A DNA stretch of 63,199 nt, filler included, from Octopus bimaculoides (Eukaryota): NCBI RefSeq assembly GCF_001194135.2. It is 6 parts of 6 records of this genome, joined end to end, with 100 filler letters (N's around TTAATTAATTAA, not from the genome) between each part and the next. Parts side by side here need not be neighbours in the genome. Positions count along the whole stretch, not along the records: positions 22,941 to 32,037 come from NC_068995.1; positions 32,138 to 60,991 come from NC_068986.1; 4 more parts are not named here. One strand, written 5' to 3'. Below the pieces are notes generated by a model. It saw only the letters and a program-made list of their open reading frames with translations. It had not been told where the DNA came from and did not search any database. Each line of letters starts with the position of its first letter. The stretch's first letter is position 1. The position numbers were made by a program, and so were the translations under genes. Of the stretch, positions 24,548 through 37,055 are shown piece after piece.

Positions 24548-25536
24548 ACTAGCAGAAATACCCGGCTTTGCCCGGGTTAAAGAGAATAATGAAATCTAAA
24601 AACGCCGTCTAGACTATGCAACCCTCAACTGTTAGTAGCTACGATACCATATTTCTACATTAATAACTCTCCAATCCATGCCAGCATGGAACATAGACAT
24701 TAAGTGGAATGCCAGTCTCTCATCTAGGAGGGCCTTGAAATCAATGTTACCAACTGGGGACTATGTGTGTCGTAGTGATAATAAAAAGACCCAAAGGAGG
24801 TCTGCAACAAAATAATTTTACTTAACACTTTGCAAGTGAATCAGTGGAGGCAAAGATGCGTCTCATTTACTTGACAATTTATGCACCACATTGCAGAAAT
24901 CACAATGAAAGTATATCTGAAAGGGTAGTCTTNNNNNNNNNNNNNNNNNNNNNNNNNNNNNNNNNNNNNNNNNNNNNNNNNNNNNNNNNNNNNNNNNNNN
25001 NNNNNNNNNNNNNNNNNNNNNNNNNNNNNNNNNNNNNNNNNNNNNNNNNNNNNNNNNNNNNNNNNNNNNNNNNNNNNNNNNNNNNNNNNNNNNNNNNNNN
25101 NNNNNNNNNNNNNNNNNNNNNNNNNNNNNNNNNNNNNNNNNNNNNNNNNNNNNATACATCTATATGTATACATATACATCCCTCTCTCTCTCTCTCTTTC
25201 TCTCTCTCTCTGAAAGTATCTGTCATTACAGTATCGAAATGTGATTGTTTCAGTTAGTAGAATAGTTTCATTTTTAAAGTGAAAGTATTTGACATGAGTG
25301 TTTTTGTTTCACTTTTGACACGTAATACTTAAATAGTGGAGGAGATATTATGTTGCTGTGAGCTCGAACTCTGCAAGAAGTTAAAATTTTTTTTTGACTA
25401 AAACACAACTGGAACCCTAAGTAAGGCATGTGTAAAATTTGAATGAAATTGGTTGCGTAGTTCTCGAGTTTTAGGGATTCACACAGACAGACAGACAGAC
25501 AGACAGACACACATTCTCATTTTTATACATATAGAT
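24548..25536 (+). mobile_element. Non-autonomous Helitron-like element (DINE-1/HINE style)
   Basis: 5' actag...acccggctttgcccggg hairpin; 3' (CAGA)n tract followed by ...tatacatatagat. Contains an N gap. Similar (CAGA)n stubs occur near 40130 and 51730. Confidence 0.55.
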
Positions 25537-25956
25537 TACATACAGAGACATATACATATATTACCTATATAGATAAATAGGCATTTACATATGTGTGTGT
25601 GTGTGTATTAATTATGTAATGAGTATATACATGATGATGTTTACATTTTAACTATGAAAATGTAGGATTTAAAAAGAAATTATGAAACATATATAAAATT
25701 TTTGCTTTTTATTATTCTAAATATGTTGCTCTGAACATTCATTTTACTCAATATATTTGCAAACTCATTTCATTTATGATTATTACATTGTAATAATATT
25801 ATATTATATTATAATAATATTATATTGGAGTTTGGCAACATATTAATAAGTGAGCTCTTAAATTCAGTGGATATATTTTAGTGCTTAAGCACTAATTTAA
25901 TATATAAATATTGTTCACACACATGCACACAAATTGTGTGTGTGTGTGTGTGTGTA

Positions 25957-26008
<52 letters not shown>

Positions 26009-26335
26009 TATGCATTTGCTAAAAGAAATCAAAGAGAAAAGTATGCAATACATACTGTACAGTTAATTATAGTAATAATGACAGTGAGAACTCTAGAATT
26101 TTCACAGTTATTTACTTTGAGTTTGTGCTGTCTACTCATGAAAACTATTCATAAGCAACAATGCAAATGTCAGTGGAAACATCTGTGAAAAAATCTTACT
26201 CCTTCACTGTTGTCATGTATATTTGTGTGTCTGTGTACACACACATACATATACATGAGAGAGAGAGACACACACACAAGCATACATACACACATGCATG
26301 CATATGCATGTACACACACACTTTTCTTCTTTTAA

Positions 26336-26470
26336 TTAGCCAGTTAATGGCCGTAAGTCCACTTTTACTTTTTCATCACTGCTCAACATGCCAATAGTTG
26401 GATAGAGACCATCTTTTGAAATTTTCATTTCTCGACTACCAATTGTACGTCCGTTTCTGGTGAAGAAGAC
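26336..26470 (-). CDS. SPRYD3: Terminal coding exon of SPRY domain-containing protein 3: VFFTRNGRTIGSREMKISKDGLYPTIGMLSSDEKVKVDLRPLTG*
   Basis: Acceptor ttcttcttgtcag|GTC, 45 codons ending TAA at 26338-26336. Closely matches the human SPRYD3 C-terminus as recalled (VFFTRNGKIIGKKDAVVPSGGFFPTIGMLSCGEKVKVDLHPLSG*). No other SPRYD3 exons were found. Confidence 0.88.
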   Translation of the reverse strand, partial: VFFTRNGRTIGSREMKISKDGLYPTIGMLSSDEKVKVDLRPLTG

Positions 26471-28199
26471 CTGACAAGAAGAAAAGGAATTGAGAAATAT
26501 GTAACTTGAAACAGTTTGCACTTTGAGAGAAAAGAAAAAAGAACGAAAATCTATTTGTAAAAACAGAAAAAGCATGAAAATCATTTAAATATTTTGATCA
26601 ATAAATTTAATCTGCTTATTCAGAAATAATAAAAATTCTGTTGCAATCAAGCTTATTCTTTTACTGGTTTTGAACATTGGAGTGTGCCATAACATAGCAT
26701 TATTTTATTAACTCCAGTACTTACATTTACTGACCTTGGAAAGATGAAAAGCAAAGTTGGTTTGGTAGGACTTAAACTTATTAGGACGTAAACAAATGAC
26801 CCAAAGTATTTCGTCTTTAGCTCTACCTGTTCTGCCAAATGCTGTCCACTTCAAGCCTGATGTAATGTTTTTGTGGTATGTACGTTCATTGCCTACCTAC
26901 TATGACCAACAACATAGTAGAATATTGATACTATCAGAATCCTAATCTATATCTATTATCTGTTTTTCTTTACTATCATGGGGTAGGCTGGATCTACTGT
27001 ACAGTATATTGCCACTACTTTGTTTTCTGTTCTCTCTTCTGTGAGACCAGTACCCAGAGACCTGACTGATCTGACTACTTATGTTTTTCTGTCTGTTTCA
27101 TCACCCATTGGCGTTGCATACTTATACTAGCAGAATCAGCTCTCCTGCTCACTTAGATTGTTTCATTTAATACCTAATCACTATCTCAATTCACTAGTGC
27201 TCTGATTAACATCATATATTCAATGAATCATTTTCATCTCATTTAATCTCCAGCCAGCCACTGCAGATCTACTATATTCAATGTCCATGTCTCACTACCA
27301 TGCATTATTATGTTTCTTATATAAGTTGCATAAAGTTTTGCTTTAACAACAGACACCCTATGTTACCAACATTGGAAACACCTTTCTGAACAGCTTTCAT
27401 TTCTGTATTCAAGCTACGGTACTTTTGCTACAAAAACTTCCTGCATTGATTAGCTCACATAGATAACAGAATTTATCTTAGAAGTTTAGATAAATTAACA
27501 AATAATTTTGTTAATAAATTAACAAAGATCAACTCCCAGTATGCACCAACTTCTATTTTCAACTGATTCCTCTCTGCTTCTACTAATAACAACTTTTATG
27601 AAACCCCTTCTACTCAGGCCAACCCAAACTACATGTCCCTGCTTTTCTGATCACACCATATTTCACATCCTACTCATATCTCAGGTCTAGCTACACAGTT
27701 TCTGTTATCTTCTTGAATTTCCATCCTTGGTTATGTCCTTTTAACATACGGTAAACTACAGATGTTGAAACTGAATGTAAACTGCATAAAGGCTTGATCA
27801 ATTAGTGTACCATTCAGGGATGAAGAAAAATTCTGAAATGGAGTTTTGGGTAATATTGGGGTTACTGCCAGCATTGAGCACACTATAATTAATGCAAGGA
27901 AGCCAGTCACTTGGGATCTCTTTGAGGATTGAATGTATAGCCACATCAGAAAAGTATATTCTTAGTTAAATATATGATGAAATTCCAAATTAGCAACTAT
28001 CAGCCAATCTGGAGAAAAGCAATGAGATTTAATTGTAACTGTCTGCACTACTCCGCTATTGCTGTACACTTGTATAATATCTAGGTGCTGACGAAGAAGA
28101 CAAGCATACTTTGCTGAAGTTGTCTCTAATAATACTAAGTTGACTGAAATTGTATGTGTGGTGACTCTTTATGCAGTAAAGAGGAAATAATGGACAGCA

Positions 28200-28730
28200 T
28201 TGGGCTGACTCTTGCTACTTGTTTGAATGTACAGGAGATTTCAGATGGATGATGTTCTGGAGAACAAGTATTGTGAATAGTGGTTAATGCAGGGCAGGGT
28301 TGTGGGGTAAGAGTTGGACACATCCAAGGTGACAAAATGTGGATAGAGAAGTGGGTCAGGGTGTGAGTGGTGGAGCTCCAAGGAACAAAGGTCATTACAA
28401 TAGTGATAGAAAAGACAAAGAGGAGACAGAATGCCAGTGGGCCAGTGGCCAGAGTTGTCCATTGTAAATAGAGTGCCAATTGGCTGAGTAGCCCTTCACT
28501 CAATATGACACAGGATGTCAGTGTACATAGTAGCAGCACCCTCCTAGATGCAGAAGCATTACTCCACTGAGCTTTGCTGAGTGTCAACAGTTGTTTGGGG
28601 CTAAAATGTCTTCTGGTCCTAAACAGAAGAATTTGGATGCGGTTTCTAGCTGTATTAAGGACAAGCTTTTGCCATGAGAGACCATCAGTGATAATGAGAG
28701 CCAGCATTTGTAGAGACTGTGAGGGCACTA
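28200..28730 (-). mobile_element. CR1/Jockey-group LINE, RT C-terminal remnant
   Basis: Frameshifted LIITDGLSWQKLVLNTARNRIQILLFRTRRHFSPKQLLTLSKAQ ... LCLFYHYCNDLCSLEL ... YSQYLFSRTSSI; matches the LSW..H...LFR.RR.FSP.QLL.LYKAQ and LFY.Y....CS.EL patterns. Confidence 0.75.
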
Positions 28731-29489
28731 GCTGATTGCTATTCATGTTTAGAAGAGATTCCTTTCATTATTCTATCTATTTCATTACCGTGTAAACATA
28801 GTTTCGTCTTCCTTGGTCTTAAAACAAACTTAATTCCTTCATGCATATTCACTATTCGCTACCTATTCATTTATTCATGTTTGTCACATTGTCGCTTATT
28901 TCTCTAATTTTGTCACAGGTTGGCTGACCAAAAATTCTAAGATTTTTCAATTCTATTTCACTATTATCAGTATTTGCTGTTTCATTAAATTATGTTACCC
29001 AAAATCCCAAAAGAATATTTTTCTCCATCGTGTTCTATCCCTGACCACCCAAACTCTGGCCCCCTCTCTGTTTTGATTACCACTTACTTCACCAACACTT
29101 CCCCCTCCTCCACCACCCCACCCTATATAAACTAGTGCACGCACTTTGATTCTCCTACTCCATTTTAAATACTTCCCCAAAAGAAAATGAATCCAGAAGA
29201 TGCTCTTGTCAAATTTTGCTATTTTGCGGTATGCCCACCCTCCTGCCCCCATCACCTGTACCGGAAGTCCCTATCCTCTGTCATCCTCTGGTTGTCTCCC
29301 ATGAACACTTCTAAAGGCTTAACACCATCCCCACCCCTACTTAGGGTTTATCTCCTATGTAAGGTAGTGATCATATAATGAAAGATATGATAGTGAAGTG
29401 TATGCAGGTTGAATGAAGGCTACTGCTTGTTTATGAATTCTGCCAAATGTGAGCTTTCTTTTCAGGTACATGACACTGCTGTCCCCCAT

Positions 29490-31520
29490 CCCAGGGTCTC
29501 AAGGGCTCACACCTCCCACACCCTCAGGGTTGGCACACTCAACGTGGGCATACTGAAAGGTAGGTCTGGCGAGATTGTTGAGATGCTTGAACAGAGATTG
29601 GTTAGCAACCATTATCTCGGCCTATGCTCCTCAGCCGGGGCTACCGGATGGACAGAAAAACTGATTTTATAACACCCTCTTGCAAACTACCTTGTTGACG
29701 AATGACAGGGACCTTCTTTTTGTGGCTGGTGAGTTCAATGGACATGTTAGACAATATGCAGGGGGCTTTCATTGCGTACATGGCGGCTATGGTTTTGGTT
29801 CCTGCAATGAGGAGGGAACCAGGCTGCTGGAGTTCTGCGATGCAAATGATCTTATGGTTTGCATTACTAACTTCAGGAAACCTGCCAGTCACTTATTCAC
29901 CTACTGTTCTGGTAGACACACTAGCCAAATTGACTACATCCTCACCAAAAAAAGGAAAAGATGACAGCTTATAAATGTCAAAACATTCCCAGGCGAAGAA
30001 TGTACCCCACAACATAGACTAGTAGTTAGCGACTTCAGGATCAGGGCTAAATGGATGACCAGATGTATTACTCGAAGTCTTTGAGGAATTAAAAGGGGGA
30101 TATAACATCACATGATGTGGAAGACAACTGGAGGTTTCTACGGGACAACCTGCTGTGAGCCAGTGACCAGATCTGTGGATGGTGCAAAGTCCCCTCTCTG
30201 TCCAAGGTAACATCCTGTTCCGTGAGGACCAAAGACTTGAGATATTTCATGTTGCAAGACAATGTGTGAGAAAGAATCATGATGTCATAGGAGAGAAATG
30301 TGTCTGCATGGATGATGGTTCACTTGCATTAAACAAGGCTGCAAAGAGAGAGGTTTGGAGATGCCACTATGAAAGGTTAAATAAAGAGAATTAATGTGAG
30401 AAAGAGAGTCTGCTGAATGCTGACCCAACAGAGGGACCAGTTATCTACCTTGGTAGATAAAGCAATTAAGGGTATGAAGAGAGGGAAAGCCCCTGGCCTA
30501 TCAAGAATCAGAGCAGAGATGCTCAAAAGATCTGGGGGCGTCGGCTATAACCTAGTCACCCGTATAGTCAACTGCTATAATAGCCCAACTAATTAGGGAG
30601 AGAGTCAGTCAAGATGAGATGCAGTTTGGGTTCGTGCCAGGGAAAAGCACCACAGATGCTATATTTCTGGTAAAACAGTTGCAAGAGAAATACCTAGCGA
30701 AAGATAAGCCTCTGTACCTGGCTTTCGTTGACATGGAGAAAGCCTTTGACAGGGTCCCCTGATCCCTTATCTGGTAGTCAATGAGGAATCTAGGGATAGA
30801 TGAATGGTTAGTGAGAGCTGTGCAAGCCATGTACAGGGATGTTGTGAGTAAGGTGAGGGTTGGCAATGAGTACAGTGAAGAATTCCAAGTACGATCAATC
30901 CTCAGGCCCCTCTTATTCATCATAGTCCTCCAGGCAATAACAGAAGAATTCAAGACAGGATACTCCTGGGAGCTCCTTTATGCTGATGACCTTGCTCTAA
31001 TTGCTGAGTCACTATAAGAACTAGAGGAGTAGTTTCAGGTGTGGAAGCATGGATTAGAATCGAAGGGCCCTAGCTAAAACCAAAGTCTTAATAAGTAGGA
31101 AGGCAGAGAAACCACAAATCCCTTCAGGTAGATGGCCCTGATCAATCTGTAGAAAAGGCGTATGTAGAAACTCCATAAGATGTACCCAGTGTAAGCTATG
31201 GACACATACGAGGTGCAGCAATATCAAAGGAAGGCTAACTGGGAAGATAGTTTTTGTATGTGGCAAATGCTCAGGAGCAATAAACACTGAAAATATGCAG
31301 AGAACAGCTTCTGTCACATTCCAGGAAGAAACACTACAAGTAGTATCAACTAGTACAAGTAGTATCAACAAGTAGATTCCATTACCTAGGGGACCAAGAC
31401 AGTAGCAGGGGTGGATGCTCTGAAAGTGTAGCTGCTAGAATAAGAATAGCCTGGACAAAGTTCAGAGAGCTCCTACCTCTGCTGTTGACAAAGGGCCTCT
31501 CGCTCAGAGTAAGAGGTAGA
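29490..31520 (+). mobile_element. RTE-clade LINE, degraded near-full ORF2 (APE endonuclease plus RT)
   Basis: LRVGTLNVGILKGRSGEIVEML; AGEFNGHV...GYGFG..NEEGTRLLEFCDANDL; QIDYIL; QFGFVPGKSTTDAIF..QLQEKY; AFVDMEKAFDRVP; LLYADDL. Multiple stops, frameshifts and deletions. Confidence 0.92.
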
Positions 31521-32037
31521 TTTTTATTGTCAATAGTTTATATATGCACATACACATTTTGAGTGAAAAATTTCCAGTCATATGTGTGGTGTGACGTCAG
31601 TGTCTGGGGAGGCTGACCGGAAGGGCGAGTCGACCGGAAGGGGAAAAAGGGCAGAGGGAGCCTCGATCGGCGTTCGTGCCCTTTTCGAACGGGGCTGCCG
31701 TCAGGACAAGACGTGTTAAGCGACGGTCTAGGTTTGGGAAGGTTTGGGAGAAGCAGCTGCTATACCTGGTGTACTTTGGGTCGGGGCAAGCTTCAAGGAT
31801 CGGATACCGCAAGACGGACTCGCAGTCGAGGAAAGGAAAACCGAGGTAAGGCAATTACATCTACTCGTATGCACACACCACAATATGGACATTATAGCAT
31901 AAAATATGGTCATTGGGGTCCAACTGGACCCCATTGGCCTTCTGTGAAATTATTTTTTTTTGTTCTTTTTTCAGATATTCTGATGAATTTTAAGTCAATT
32001 TTCTTCGTATTTGTACTGGTATGAATCGATATACTAA

Positions 32038-32137
32038 NNNNNNNNNNNNNNNNNNNNNNNNNNNNNNNNNNNNNNNNNNNNTTAATTAATTAANNNNNNN
32101 NNNNNNNNNNNNNNNNNNNNNNNNNNNNNNNNNNNNN
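32038..32137. other. Artificial scaffold linker
   Basis: Same structure. Confidence 0.9.
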
Positions 32138-32149
32138 ATATATATATAT

Positions 32150-32325
32150 AAGCACCCACTACACTCTCGGAGTGGTTGGCTTTAGGAAGGGCATCCAGCT
32201 GTAGAAACTCTGCCAAATCAGATTGGAGCCTGGTGCAGCCTTCTGGCTTGCCAGTCCTCAGTCAAATCGTCCAACCCATGCTAGCATGGAAAGCGGATGT
32301 TAAACGATGATGATGATGATGATGA
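32150..32325 (+). mobile_element. RTE-type 3' tail (truncated LINE or SINE) ending in (GAT)n
   Basis: ggagtggttggc.ttaggaagggcatccagctgtagaaactc...ccaacccatgctagcatggaaagcgga.gttaaacgatgatgat. The same tail is at 62383-62510(+), with a partial copy at 34258-34340(-). Confidence 0.7.
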
Positions 32326-32732
32326 ATATCAAATGTGAATGTGTATGAAATATCAATGAATGATATAATAGTCGGGAAATGCAAAAAAAAAAAAAAAACT
32401 TTTTCAAAATTGTCAATATTTTTGTAGTTCAAAACTTGCGATTTAAGACCTAAAATGTCCTCTGGAATTAGTCAGAGCTAATAATGACAAACTTTAACTA
32501 CTAAATATTGTTAAACACACCTCTGCAAGTACAATGTACATAAGCAATTCACTTTAAATACAATGAACAACCGGCAGTGAAATTGTTTTTAGTAGATCCC
32601 CAAATGGGGCTCATAGCAGGCAATGGGTTAAAGAATATTACTGACAGTGACTTCAAAGTTTCAGCCAGTTAAACCATCAAAGTCACTGTTGATAATATTT
32701 TTGTTTAAGAGTGTGCGTGTAAAAACAAGAAC

Positions 32733-32950
32733 ATGACATACATTGGTGAGACATCTAGAAGCACTGCAGAGTGGTTAAATGAACATTTGAACCAATATGA
32801 TGACAAAAGACGGTCCTCCATACTCTACCGACATGCCAAGGACCAACATGGAGGCACACTGGGTCAGTTTGACATCCGCCTTTTATCCAAACACCTGAAG
32901 GACCCAACACTCAGATAAATACAGGAGTACGTCCTCATAAATGAAACATC
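32733..32950 (+). mobile_element. Penelope-like GIY-YIG endonuclease remnant
   Basis: TYIGETSRSTAEWLNEH...SSILYRHAKDQHGG...KDPTLR*IQEYVLIN: typical YIGETxR..R..EH / S.L..H...H motifs. Confidence 0.75.
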
Positions 32951-32972
32951 CCCCATATTCTTTAAGTGGCGC

Positions 32973-33133
32973 CGTCACCAATACTCTTTATGTGGTACTG
33001 TCACCAATACTCTTTATGTGGTACCGTCACCAATACTCTTTATGTGGTACCGTCACCAATACTCTTTATGTGGTACCGTCACCAATACTTTTTAATTGAC
33101 ACCATCATCAATACTTTTTATGTAGTACCATCA
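32973..33133. repeat. 26-bp minisatellite (cgtcaccaatactctttatgtggtac), 4 near-perfect plus 2 degenerate units
   Basis: Directly visible tandem units. Confidence 0.9.
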
Positions 33134-35838
33134 CTGCTGCTATTTCTAGCAAGTCAAGTGATCCTATAGAGGTTCCTGAGTTACCTTCAACTATAAGCAA
33201 ATCGAAATGTATGAAGGTGATATCTGAAAGCAAGTCAAGCTCTTTGCTTCAAACCTAAATTCTAAACTGCCTCATCTGCTTCAATGCTCTTGAGGAAAAC
33301 AAGAATGCATGCTAATCACCTTACACCCACACACGTTTGTTGGGGTTTTTTTCCTTTTGTTTTACTGTTTTATATCCAATATTAATTTTCTAACTTTTTA
33401 AAAAAATATTGCAACCATTTTTCAATACTTATAAGAGTGGAATCTACATGCATATATAACTCTACAGAGTCAACAATATGGCCAAGGTGAAATATTTTGC
33501 TTCTAAATATACTTATGTACAGCAAAGTCTCACATGTGTAATAGAGTTGTGAATTAGAAGACCTCAATTCACTGAGGTCATAGGCTATTGCTATTACTAG
33601 AGAAAAATTCACTCTAGGAGTGTTAGATATAGACATTTCCCATGTCTTCCCACGTCCAATTCTATGTAAACGTGTTAAATATAATTGTACATGCATATAT
33701 TTTCATTATTATTTCTAAACTTAATTAAAACAAATGCAGTGATTTTCAACAGAAATACGGCATCGAAAAGGTTGACATTAACGATGGTAGTGGTGGCTAA
33801 CAAAACTAGAAAACCTGGTGCACTGTCAGTTACAACAAAGAGGGTTCCAGTTGATCCGATCAATGGCACGACCATGTACCATAGTTTTCAGAGAGATTCT
33901 GGGTGACACAGAATGTCACGAGATTGTTCCTTTGAAATACAGGTACAACTCATTTTTTGCCAGATAAGTGGATTGGAGCAACATGAAATAAAGTGTCTTG
34001 CTCAAGGGCACAATGCACCACTGGGAATTGAACTCACAACCTTAAAAGCATGAGCTAAATACTCCTAACCACTAAGCCACATGCCTTCAAGAAGTGATGG
34101 CTAGCAGAAAGGATATGACACCTATCATAATACTTTACTGCATTTAATTACACACTTTCATGTTCTGAGTTCGAATCCAATCGAGGGTGACTTTGTGTGA
34201 CTCGAGTCAATTAATTCCAGCTTGGTCAAGCTTTGCACACATCAACAAATATATTCACTATTTAACATCCGTTTTCCATGCTGGCAGGGGTTGAACAGTT
34301 TGACTGAGGACTGGCAAGCCATTAGGCTGCACCAACCATTCTTATGGAGCTATTGAAGAAGGACTCCGTATTTGTTACTGATGAAGTGCAACAATGCAGA
34401 AATACATGAATGACATCATTCATCGCCCAATGTGCTTTCCACACATATTGTCTGACTATTTCCACAGCAAAAAGGTCTGCCCACTTCCACGTGTACATGA
34501 ACATAAAATATAAATTGTACACGCATGGTATTAAACTGCCTCTGATGGTGAGGTTCCAGTTTGGGAGTTCTGGAGCTGTTGGGGAGCTTGGAGTCACCCC
34601 TTAATTACCATTACTCCCAGGTCCGTTCCGACCTAGAATAGTAACACCAGTCTATGGGTTAAATAGATTTCCCAGAGGTGGAGGAAGTTCCTGTTATTTT
34701 GAGAAAACTGTGCAGAAGGCAGCTCTTCTAGAAGAAAGATACTCTGATATGACACTTGCAGTCATTTTGCAATGCTTGTCACTGGAACCGACGATGGCAA
34801 TCGAGAGAAAATGGCAAAAGGGTTGTATAAGCTTTTGTTACTTAGGTCCAGTGATGTACAGATGTCTCATTATCATTTGAAGAAGAGATGGTTATCATCT
34901 GACAAGATGAGGCAATCATCCATTAGCACGCCAGGTGAAATGTTTAACAGTATTTTGTCTGTCTTTACGTTCCAAGTTCAAATTCTGTCGAGGTTGACTT
35001 TGCCCTCCATCCCTTTGGGGTCAATAAATTAAGTATCAGCTGCATACTGAGGTCAATCTAATTGACTGCCCCCCCCTCCCCCAAAATTTCAGGCCTTGTG
35101 CCTTGAGTAGAAAAGTATATATATATATACAAACACACATTATATATACCAGGGACGCGCTGCCTCGGGAGTGCTTACCTTGTATAAAATAGATTGATAG
35201 CAACATTTCCTTTAATGGCAAAATATGCACCAAATTCAATAAAATTGTGAAAGTTATTCTCATTACTATGCATAAAATGCAAAATATTTAATTTTTTGGT
35301 AGATTAGGTAGGCATAATTCACCCCTGCCTTTCAATCTCAATATTTAAGCTACGCATAGTAATGTTGTAGTAGGCATGCTGCATACATTCCTACAAGCAC
35401 GTTTTCTTTATGTGCTACAAAGGCAGAAATAGATCTGCCTTCAACTCAATCATGCGCCTGCATTTTGGTTATTTTTTGTGTGTTTTACTACATAAACATC
35501 ACCAACTGCCTACCCAAAGTAATTACTGATGGCACATGTCTGAATATATTATTTTGCTTAAAAGAGTTCCAACACTGTCTGTTTTTTATGTTTTATTTAT
35601 ATTCCTGCAGAACTAATGTGGGGTATAGAATATGGAATATACAATATATAATATAATATACAATATAAAATATAAAATAAAAATGGATGGCACCATGAAA
35701 GAAAGTATTGAATGTAGATGAAATATTGAGTGTTCAATATAAAGGATCAAATATATAAATATAAATATATATATAAAGGTGACTCGAGTTTCAGGGCTAT
35801 TTCCCTTCGTCATGGCCGGTATGACAGACTTTAACAGA

Positions 35839-35874
<36 letters not shown>

Positions 35875-36584
35875 TGTATGTATGTATGTATGTATGTATG
35901 TAGACGAAGAACCACAGTAGGTGGCACCAGCTGCCTGTGTAACAGGGCAGTAATTCTAGTGAACTAATACAGAATTGAGGAATACCTTCGTCCTTTCTGG
36001 TGCCAATGGTAGGTTAAACTATATGCCCAGCAGACTCTACAAAGTGGTCTGACAAGACGAAGAGCCATACAAAAGCCATGCCAAACATGGAACCCCTGAG
36101 TGAGACATGCATACTGAAAATCACATCAAGAGTTACCCAACTAAAGCAGGAAACCCCAAAGAACTGGTACATATACATGTATATGCAGACACTTATGCAC
36201 ATTCCTCCATGTATATACATACACACAATGAAAGGAGAATGGCTGGGAAAAGCCACCCAAGGATACACATGCTGCATAAATCTTTGTGAGGTCAGTGCGA
36301 GTATACTTGAGGTAACAAGTCAATATATTTAAAGCAAACCTTAATGATGAGGACAATCTAAAGGGAGCAGGAATCCCAAATAAAACGTGTGTCTGTGTGA
36401 GTCTGCACCCAGGAGAATGAGTTTACTAGAGTGTGGACAACTCCAGGAATGTTTCAGCCTTATTTGACCTCAACAGCAGAGCTACTGACAATTAGCGTTT
36501 CTTTTTAATTGACATGCGAGTGTGGGGTAGCAACTTAGCAGAATGACTGGAAAATATATATATATATGCACTATTAAATACTCT

Positions 36585-36803
36585 TGACTCTTTTACTGGT
36601 TTCAGTCATTGGACTGCGGCCATGCTGGAGCACCGCCTTTAGTCGAGCAAATCAACCCCAGGACTTATTCTTTGTAAGCCTAGTACTTATTCTATCGGTC
36701 TCTTTTGCCGAACCGCTAAGTTACAGAGACGCGAACACACCACCATTGGGTGCCAAGCGATAGTGGAGGGGGGACAAACACAGACACACAAACATATATA
36801 TAC

Positions 36804-36892
<89 letters not shown>

Positions 36893-37055
36893 TATATACA
36901 CATATATACAACGGGCCACTTTCAGTTTCCGTCTACCAAATCCACTCACAAAGCTTTTGTCAGCCTGAGGCTATAGTAGAAGACACTTGTCCAAGGTGCC
37001 ACACAGTGGGAATGAACCAGGAACCATGTGGTTGGTAAGCAAGCTACTTATCACA
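36585..37055 (-). mobile_element. SINE family A copy with long (TA)n
   Basis: Reverse-complement match to family A. Confidence 0.85.

Noticed and set aside
24860-24916. YTFIVISAMWCINCQ|gtaaat as the missing Ly6 N-terminal exon (CxxC)
   Set aside because: It lies inside the Helitron-like repeat and across a linker, and would lack two expected cysteines of loop 1.
28086-28130. CTGACGA followed by a hairpin (possible hammerhead)
   Set aside because: No GAAA or stem I/III follows.
32973-33133. CRISPR-like array
   Set aside because: The units are contiguous with no unique spacers, in a eukaryotic context.
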